NCBI GenBank assembly: GCA_002633005.1
Contig: NMRA01000954.1
Location: forward strand, 25,596 to 89,595
Source: Phoronis australis
Lineage: Eukaryota > Animalia > Phoronida
Length of the DNA stretch: 64,000 bases
Reading direction: 5' to 3'
In this document: positions 23,801-34,000 of the stretch, piece by piece
Numbering within the stretch: the first letter of the stretch is position 1
How the letters are laid out: each line of letters opens with the position of its first letter
Notes under the pieces: model-generated
Seen by the model: only the letters and a program-made list of their open reading frames with translations
What the model was told of the DNA's origin: nothing
Database searches by the model: none
Position numbers and translations under genes: made by a program

Positions 23801-26800
23801 TGTGCTGAAATCCCAGAGCGAAATCTCGCCGACATATGCGTTGCTGCCGGTCTCGCAATCGTCGATAGGGCTTGAATTCTTGAATAAGAATACAGTTTCG
23901 ACTCAACAAATTACCTGAAATCCTCCTCAAGTTTTCCAAATAGCGTCTCTAAGATTTTTAAGTTCTTGTGGAGTCTGGATTAGCTGCGCTAGATTGTAGC
24001 CCGACAACACGAGAAAAATCTCTGGAGGAACACACATGTTGTTGTCACGTGACGTTTGTTTTGAAGTTTTTATGCGTATAGGCCCTATTATATGTGAGAG
24101 TAAGCGTGCGTGTGCTTGTCATCAGATTTCATTTGCCAGAGTAAATGCGATGTAATGATCTAGGTGTGCATTGTATCCAAAGAATTTAACTCAAGCAGTC
24201 AAGCAGAGCGTGTTCTAATATTTAGCTTAGCACTTGCAGGCCTCATCTGCTAAAAAACGTTCGAGAATTATTTCGGTAAGACTGATATATGTCACTCATT
24301 GAGTCGCCGGGTGAGTGGATGCGTGACCGTAGTGAGCTATTCTCCGGAAGACTTGGGGTGTAAGGGTGCGAATGTGTCACTATTAGTGGGTCATTTTGAC
24401 TTTAAAAACACCAGTTATGATTAGTTAAATAATTTCTCTTAAAAATAATGCAAATTTTTTACGGTATTAGAAACTTTCGGAAATTAGTGCCAATATTTAT
24501 TTCTTGGCGATGCTATGTTACCCGTTTCATGAATAGATAGTTCCCGACTAAATGTCTTCGATGACAGCATAGACTATATCTATGATGACAGCCGGTACAT
24601 TATGCAGCGCGCGCTTCTTGGCCGCGTGCTAATACTGGTCGAGTTTTTTTTTTATTAGTTTTCTATTCACGGTTTTCACGTGTACAAAGAAGTTTGGATT
24701 CCTGTTGAGGCCGGAGAAGATCTGTACCGGCAAGATACAGTGCAATTCCAGGGCCGTAGGAAGCGGGGGGCCGGGAGGGGTGGGGGACACGGGCCCCCCA
24801 AAAAAAATTTCAGGCGTCTGGGTTAAACCGTGGCAACCGACATAGGCTTGGTGCCGGGGACAGTCTAGAAAAGAAAGACTGCGAAAAACGGATAAGAGAG
24901 AAAAGTCAAGAGGACATTTAACAAATCTGCATCAGTACATGGTTTACCTTTTGAGGACCCTGGCCAGGACACTGTCGTTAGCCTGAGGGGCTTCGCTTTT
25001 GCAGCACAGGTCATCTAAACACACATATATATTTCGAAAAACCTAGAAAATTTGGAAAGCGAAGCTTTTGCGGAGCGTATCAATGTTTAAATTCAATAAG
25101 TCAATTTTGCGAATGCAAAACTATATTTTTCCAGAAGCCCCTCTCTTACAAGGGATAACGGAGACAACTTTCGCTTTATTTTTTTCTCGAAACTGTATAT
25201 CACTTGAGAAAAATTGATGACCTGACAGGTAACATCAACTGCTGCGCATTTCCTGATATTTGAAAATATATTTTCATATTTAGGAGCCTCGCCCTTGAAG
25301 GAGGCCATTGATGACATTCAAGTGGCCACCTTTTTGTGCTTTTATTGACAAATTCTTACCCGGCCGCTCAGGGAGAGAGGGTCCAATGTTGGAATCGATT
25401 ACCTCTATTTTCCGGTTTTTAGTGAAGTCGTGCTTTCATGTTGAAGGAGGTCACTCCCTGCCTCGTTTTGGGACCACACGATGGTGGAATGAACTGTCAA
25501 TTTTTTCCAAGCTTAATGATGTTTAGCCTTTCAACTTAAGGTGTCCCATTTCAGACGGTGCCCTCTCTCGGTGGAGCAGTTAGAGGTGAATGTCCCTTTG
25601 TCCCTCAAAATACATGTATATGTGTGCGTGCAGGACAAGTGTACACAGGCGCTATATCTGCGCGTGCACGATAGGTGTGCACAGGCACTATGTCATCGCG
25701 TGCATGACAGGTGTACGCAATCAATTATGGTCGATAAAATTTATTACAAATGATTTATTAAAATAGATTAATTTCGACTATTTTTAATAATGGTATGACA
25801 TGTTATAAGATGTTGATAAGAATTAATATTAACGAATGGTGTAATATAAGATCTAAGTTTTTTCATCAGCCCAAGTAATTTATACGACTTCTTGTCACTG
25901 ACCAAAAACGATCCTAAGAATAATGCTGTAAACGATGATCATACTGATATATGTGAACGATGATCAGTCTCATCAGAATTCATATCAATCAAAATGGAGG
26001 TGCAAGATTTTTACACAAGTATTACTTATTCTAAGTTTAGAAAATATGATTACTACAGTGAAGAAGACGAACAGTACACAATGTCTATTTTGTTACGTAC
26101 AACTTCGTTAAGATTGACGGCAAATGTGAGGGGCAAAACTAAGCCTTTGAACTTGCAAGGAGCAATGTATACTGCATACAGAAGTATGCAACAGTCAGGG
26201 CACGGACTTCTGGAAGGGAAAGGCGACACAACAATTTGTAATCATCGGCACTAAACATTTTAGCATCAGAAATATTACATAGATTCATTCAAGCAAGTCA
26301 GGCAAACACATTTTAATTAATAATCCGATGGTGCCACCTGCCGCCCCGAATTGTTGTACCAGAGGGTTCCAGTTCAACCCCATCCTGCAGCCATTCTATT
26401 ACTGCTGATGAATTTCTGTAATTACTTCACGTTTCGTCTCTTATATTTGCTAAACGTAAATTGAAACATTAGAACGTTCTAGAAACCATGTGTGGTTAGT
26501 TGTTGCAACAAGAGGGGGTTACATATATCAAACTCGACGAATATCCGTGGCGTTGGCGCAATGAATTTTGGAATTAAATGCTGAATGACGTCAATATGAA
26601 CATGTGTCTTTAAACGCTACGCAATATTGCCACAAGTCAAACTTTAATAATTCTGCTAAAACTAATGATTGCCTAAAGGTATTTCAATAAACACAACATA
26701 CATTCATTGACTGGCCTTGGTGCATTACAAGCTTCAAGGTGTAAGACACATCAAATCCAAACAGAAAAAGTATTCTATAAATAGTTCGTCTCACCCACTT

Positions 26801-29800
26801 GTTAGACGAAGTACAGGCTCTAGTTCCTATTTTTGGTTATACTAATTGTCGTAGCTCGCTATATAAATATAGACAATATAAATCCGTGGTCATGACCATC
26901 AATATAGAATAGCGGTACATAGGTAGACACTCTATATCCATGGTCATGACCATCAATATAGAATAGCGTGCTATATATATAGACATTCTAAATCCATGGC
27001 CATAACCATAATATAGAATAGCGACACTGTCAAGTATTCACGAGGGAAGCTGAGATTCCAAGTTCAACAAAAAAATCTTGCACAGCACAGCCATTCGACC
27101 CAAACAACCGAAAATTTGAAAAGATACAGTAGGATTGCCGCCATCGAAAGGGTGGAATTTTGAAGAACGTGAACACCGCTACTTGGGAATTACAAAAAGG
27201 ACTATTTCCGATGGTTAGTTAAAAAATAATGTTACTGTTTCCGGTAGTATCACAAGAATAGTATCTCTTTTGACGATGGTTACTATGAGTTGTTTGTAAG
27301 GAATTCCCACTTGTGGAAAACACTGCTGTCTAGGCTACTATTTGTAATGATCGTGTACATGTCGAAAGGAGTACTCAAAGATCTCTCGCAATCATAAACA
27401 AAGATTTCAACGTTTTTTTGTCATTGGAGGTCAAGTTTACATCGTGAACCGTTATAGGTAACTCTGAAAACACACCTTAATACGAATACCCCATCTCCCA
27501 TATTCCCCCGGTTACCCGTCAAAAGTCTGCGAGCATGCATGCGGAAATTGCACATAACATTCCTGTTTGATAAACAAATTCGTTGGTTTCTGATTTACTT
27601 GTTTATATATCTACGAATATCAATAGATTCATAGATGATTTTTGACAATTAGAAGCTACATGTAATCTTGTAAGAATTGGTGATAATTCAGTGAATTTAA
27701 TTGCTGCCTGAAGTTGGAAAAATTCTATAATCCTATCCCCAAATAGTAAAGTACACTTAGACGATTTTTGCATATCTAAGATAACTCTCAAAGACATTGA
27801 TGAAATTCGTACACAAAAACCGTAGATAGAAAAATAAATAAATAAATAAATAAATAAAATTAAACTCACTTCTTGGAAAGGTTGTCTTCGCAGTTCCTTG
27901 GTGTTTTTAGTTTCCAGTAGTATTGAGTAAGTATTTTTTATTCAAAACTGAATTGATTGCTTTTCCTGACTGACGTATCCTCGTTAAAAATAAGATGTAA
28001 CCATGCAGTAGGCCGCGCAGACTCTCAGTGATAACCACAAGGACTGAATTTGAACTGCAAGCGTTCAGGAAGTGTGTACATTTTTGGGACACAATATCCT
28101 TTTCCCCAGCCACCAGAAACTGAATTACCGGTCGTGTATGAAGTAGGGATTTTGAAACAGCCCCAAAGGCACTATACCAGAGACTACGGGGCCTCATCTT
28201 TTCAAAAAAATCTCTTTGAAAGAATGACCATAATAAAATAAAGTGTTCCCGAAACTGGATCACAACAAAACGAATCCTGACCTTAGAACGAGCGCAGACG
28301 GCCAATACGAGCAAAGCTGCCTGTCTCAAGTGAATCATATAGTTGAGCTGACCAGCAATTAGCTTTAGTTCATCGGGAATTTCGTATTTTCACACTGTTA
28401 GATCTCAGCTATAGCTACTTGAGGCAGCTCCTCGTTACAGGTCAGTGCACTGGTCCTAGGCCCATTGTTACTCTTCGTGTTGGTTCACAGTTAATCAACT
28501 CTTAATGGCTGGATCCTCGGGATTGTCCCAGAGGCGGATCCATGATTTTGAGATGGGGGTAGGGCAGAGTATTAGCCAGGGTTTTACCAGTCAGAAATTT
28601 GCACCTCCGAACTGCCAAATGAAATCTGGGAGAATTTTAGGGGGTCAATGTGTCTTGGCCCTCTAAATCCGCCACTGTGCCTCCCCACGTGGGAGATTCG
28701 GCATCGGGAGGACAGNGGTGGTGGCGATGGGGGAGTTGGCGACGTCGAAATGGTTTGTGCCCCCCAATAATTTTTGCCTTCCTACGGGCCTGAATTCCGC
28801 TGACGTACGCTGCGTCTGTGTTTTCAAAGTCCAGACCATAGAGGGGCACATCCCTCGCAAGAGCAGGAAAACTTTTGCGTTCTTTTTGAATCGCGGCGTA
28901 AGTTTGAAGTGTATACGGACATAACGGTGAGGCTCGTAGTCTACAAATTCAGGACTATCGGATCTTTCAGTTCATAAATTGGAGACGTTGGAACTGTAGG
29001 TAGGACCTAAGACATTTTTTCGCATGCAGTTCATAGGCTGGGCGCTTACTTTAGAGAAGTCTGAAAACGCGTGGGGTCACTTATTGGGGCATCCCGGCGC
29101 TTATCAGGGCGAATAGCGGCAGAATTACATACAGCAGCGTAGTTTAATGCACACAAATTTCACGTCGTGCAAACCAGTCGGCCATTCCACATACGTTAAT
29201 CAATCCCAGTAGCCTTTGCGCACCCTAATTTCCGGACATGCGCAATCATTAAATCGACTCGGTTGCAATTCCGCTATTCGCTAAAATCGTAGGCCAAGCT
29301 TGCCTGTGTGGCAGACTTTGAAATGAGTTTTCGAATTATCCTCCATGCGTTTCAAGGTTATCGAGGGTTACAGTGCATTACTTTGTTTCAGAGAACTGGA
29401 CGGGAAAGTCGCTTTTAATATCTGTTGATAGGCCAAAACCGGGCTCGGTATCTTTTAAGTAATTAAAAGTTTAGTTTGCTATTATAAATGAAAGTGGATA
29501 CTATATGTTGATCTAAGTTACGTTGATGCGAGTCATAAAGTGAAAATGGAGCACACTGGTTATTAGGTAAGGTGTGGTAAATGAAGGTGACATTTGCATC
29601 AAGGGCATAGAGGAGGTGGTCGTGATCTATTTGATTGACAGGGCATTTAAGAGAAAAATTATTAACACTGTTCATTTATTTTTTTCATTTACAAAATGTT
29701 TGGATACCTCTCGAAAATTATGTTGAATTTTTGTGAATTACGGAATATACCGGCTCGTAATTGATTAAGAACTATTTCTTTGCGTCTGGTAATAGTTGTT

Positions 29801-31053
29801 AAGAAGTAGTTGGTGTGTATCTGTGAAACTGAGACGACAGATATCTTTTGACGTCAAGTTTAAGCGATTGAAAACTTTGTGCAATTTTTAGATGACAAGG
29901 AATAACGTTGCTCAGTTGGATGCACTGAATAAAGAGGAGATTTATGTAATGAATTAAAAAAATTATGAGGGATTACAAACTCAGGCATAGATCTTAAATT
30001 TTTGTTAAAGAGAAGTGAATTGGAATGATTATTTATAGTGTGAAGAATCTTGTAAGTATAAATAAAGATGTGCTGTTTTCTAATGTCTGAGAGTGGCATC
30101 CAGTTAAATGAGTGGAAAGTTTTTGCTTAACACCGGCTTATAGAGCCAGAAAGATACAATGCTGCCTGATACGTGGAGAAATTGTAGTTGTGGTATATCA
30201 TATTTGTGTCATTCATGCGCGCACCCAGCCTTTAATATGGGGGGGGGGCTCGAATTTCTGAGGAAGTGGACCTTTTGCTAACAAAAAAAACCGGCTACCA
30301 CGCCTTTTTAGAGGACTTTTGTCTTGTTTTCTCGGACTTTTTGGTTAACTGAGGCGGACCTTTTTGCCCACTTCGCCAAATAGAAGATGGGTGGGGTGGC
30401 TCATTCGAGCCCCTCCTGGGTGCGTGCATGTCATTGAAATGAGATGAAATGAAAGCACTACACAACATTTCTAGGTATTGACTCGTCAGCGCTTAGAAAG
30501 GATTATAGAGTTTTTGATTTTTTTTCATTTTGCCATTCTTGATCATCAAGCGAGACTCTTGAGCTACGGTTCTAGACAATCAGCGATTTCTATGCAAAAT
30601 TAGTCAACAAACCCGACAGTTACATTGGTGATTCTTTATAAGCCCCGACCTGAGGCCATAAGTGGATGCCGGGAGTAGTTTGGCCTCTGACATCTTTTCA
30701 GCTCTTTCGACATCAAACTACATGCCAGGAGTTGTCAACAAGACATTTTTGGGTGTTGAAATGGTGGTAGTACAGTGTTTTACGGAAAGAAGTAACACTT
30801 GATTTCTGAGTGTTCTGCAATTACATGGGTGGCGCAGCACTGAAAAAAAGTGTGTGTGTGTGTGTGGTGGAGGCTAAAGCCCCCTCAGCCCCCTGTGGTG
30901 CACCGCCTATAGACCATGTGCGGTGTGGCACTGAAAAAGTGGGGGCTATGGCCCCCCAGCTCTCTATAGTGCGCCGCCCATGAATTACAGTATAGGCCTA
31001 AAATAGGTGTGTTTACGTAACTTACGAAAAAGTACTCATAATTGCTTAACTAA

Positions 31054-31084
<31 letters not shown>

Positions 31085-34000
31085 CGTGTGTGTGTTTGCG
31101 TGTGCGCGCGCGTGTGCATTATTACTGTTTTCAATTGTTTCTGTACTAATTCATTTGTGCAATTGAATGTTTACCTGTTGCCCAGATGTTGTTTTTTGTT
31201 AATTCTATTCCTCGAGGCAGACGTACCGTTTGACCTCACGTGACTGCCTTGGGTTTCCCTAGATGGACATGTTGCATACCTCGGTACACAATAGAAGATG
31301 TTTCGGGTAACCCCCTCTACAAAATCGACGGAATATACTGCTGGATAAAATGTTGCACAGACGTGCCCTTCCAGGTAGGTAGTCCCTGTTGAAGCCACCC
31401 AACCTACACTGTTATACCACCTGCAGACGGTCTCACATCCTCACGTCATGATGCAGCAGTATTGTCACTCAAGCCCACAGCAAAGCTATCAGTTAGTGAA
31501 CACCAGGGACATTACGTAATTTTCTCGTGAGAGACCGTGGGGAAAGACTGAACGGTCAGCCGATCACATTTTACTTTCCATGAAACTAAGATCTTGCCTA
31601 ATAATCTTTACCTCTTCGCCTTATTCGGTGCCATATTTAAATTTCATAGTTTAAGTGCTTATGAAAATGACATATCAGTGCCTTTCCTCCATAAATATCG
31701 ATGAATAACATTTGGCAAGATTTGAACCGTCACAAAGGGTTATAGCTGGCTTAGAGCGGTTTCGCCTTTATGAAACCTGGTTCACCAAAGTAATTTTCAT
31801 TCAGTTCTGAAGAATTTTAACGCAACCGGCTAAAGCTCAATGTGATACGAATAAACGTTGGGTAAACACGTTACAATCTATGCAAGGGCCACGTGGACAA
31901 TGTTACAGTCCGTTTCAGCACGCGCTCGGACATGGTGAAAACTACTTTAGTGTGGCGGGGCCTTGACAAAAAACTTTAAAACTGGCTTACCTTGACATTT
32001 CAACAACCATAGCGATGGCACATGCACATTTCACTAACTTTATTTAAACAAGAGCAACGCGGAGCGTTGAAATGCGCCCACGAATGCACCACAAACGGTG
32101 TGCTTCTAGGGTTATTTATTTGTATCATAAAAATGACCACTAGGTGGTGCAAATTACGTCGAATCCATCCGAGATCGGGAACTTGCCATCTTTCTTTTAG
32201 TAGAGAGCTAATTACCAAATTTCATAACCATCTGCAAACAAAGGAAAACGGAAAAAAAGAAATTGCCACTAGGGGACACATCGTTCGTCGAATCCGTCTG
32301 AAAGTCGTCGCCGTCTGTTGTTAAATTCACATAAATACACTTATTAAATTTAATAAAGATTCTGCAGTGGGTTTATGAGATACAGCTGTGGGCACATAAC
32401 AACACTGCCACCAGGAGGTGCCACATTAGTCGAAGTCGTCATCGTCAACTGTCCTCTTCACACTACGAACATATACGCCAATTTTCAAATTCATCCTTAG
32501 AATGGTTTGGTTGACAGAGGGGCGGACACCAAAACACAGACTCGAAAACAGCAATCATGGCCACCAGGTGGCGCAAAACACTTCGAATCCATTCGAAAAC
32601 GGAAGGATAATGTCATCTCACCAGTAGATGCCTATATTTCAAATTTTATGAAAATCCATTTAGAAACTTTGAAGATACAGAGGCAAAAGTAAAAAAATAG
32701 AATTGCCACTAGGGGGCACACCGATAGTTAGATCCGTCCAAAAGTCGTCGTCGTCCATTGTCAACTTCATATAAATACACTTGCTAAAAGGGGCTATTCG
32801 GAGAATTCTCCCGTTGTCGCTGCTGTACTAGTGGTGATTGAATTGCGCATGCGTCGCTGTCTGCATGTAAACAGCTGGTAAAAAGACGGATTGTTATGAA
32901 AATATGTCGTCGCGCAGTCTTATTATTGCCATTTTCTCTGGTGCAAGTCTTCTACAGGTGGTCACAAATTACTAAAAGACCTACATTCGTGGAGCATTGC
33001 GGTCAAAAGGGTCAACCAACTGACAAAAAGTGTGTGGATGCCGAAGCCCCTTTGGGAGACTACATAACGTAACTTGGTAAGTTTTTAGCAATCAAGTTTC
33101 TATCGACATCGTTCGGTGATGTTATCCCCACCAGTTACCCCTCTGAATAACGGGTTTATTGAATGGAACTAAGTGTTTCTTTTCGGAAACTCACCCAGGA
33201 CTCGGATGCCGGGTATGCTAGCAGCACATATTCACATATTGTCCTCCAGGGTGGGAATGCTCCCAATATAAGAGGTGTATGGTACGTGACGCTCAGAAGT
33301 CAAGGATGACTTTCACAGCAAGTTCTCTTCAAAGCTATGCTATGTCCAATAAGATTATCTAGACGAGTGAGTTTCCTTATTTTATGGCGGACTCCACCCC
33401 AAGGACTACCAGATTAGTTACTGAATTAACCGATGAATAAGCTATTCAGTAAACGTCATAACATTGCATTAGAATAAAAATTAACACCTAGAATGAATTT
33501 TACTTGTTGAGGTCAGATACACATTTTAGGTGTCGTGAAAAATACACATTATTAAATCACTTTTAGCCTGTTTCACATAGTTTAATTCAGATCTTAAATA
33601 AGACTTGGGTACAAAGATTATTAGTTTCTACACATAAACATGAAGATGAAACGTCAAGTATGTTCTGCCTTACTAAAGTAGTTTTGTCTTGTGTTTTCTT
33701 TTATAATTTGTTTCTCCCGCTATTCTGTTACAGGTGAGAGAAAACGACTGAAACCAGCCGCCTGACTTTCTATTTTACCTTTGGACAAAGTGAAAAGCAA
33801 TCCTTCAGCATTAACCTGAGAGAATCGAACAAAATTCAGAAATTCAGCCCTTGATATGCCTGACTATGGACTCCATTGCTAGGGAAAATTACATTTGTTT
33901 TTAACAATGTTGTTTTTTATATACTTTTCTTGCATGAGGAACTTTTGTTGTGGACAAGTTAACACAAAACTTGTTCAAAGGCCTTCTGAAGAAAGCTCTA

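Larger units (their letters stand above)
24749..28792. mobile_element. 4.0-kb hAT5-like DNA transposon derivative (TSD AATTC)
   Basis: 15-bp TIR CAGGGCCGTAGGAAG / CTTCCTACGGGCCTG (1 mismatch), aattc on both sides; no intact transposase ORF; one N at 28716. Confidence 0.75.

Noticed and set aside
25994-26254. 86-aa ATG ORF inside the 4-kb hAT5-like element
   Set aside because: No recognisable motif or splice support
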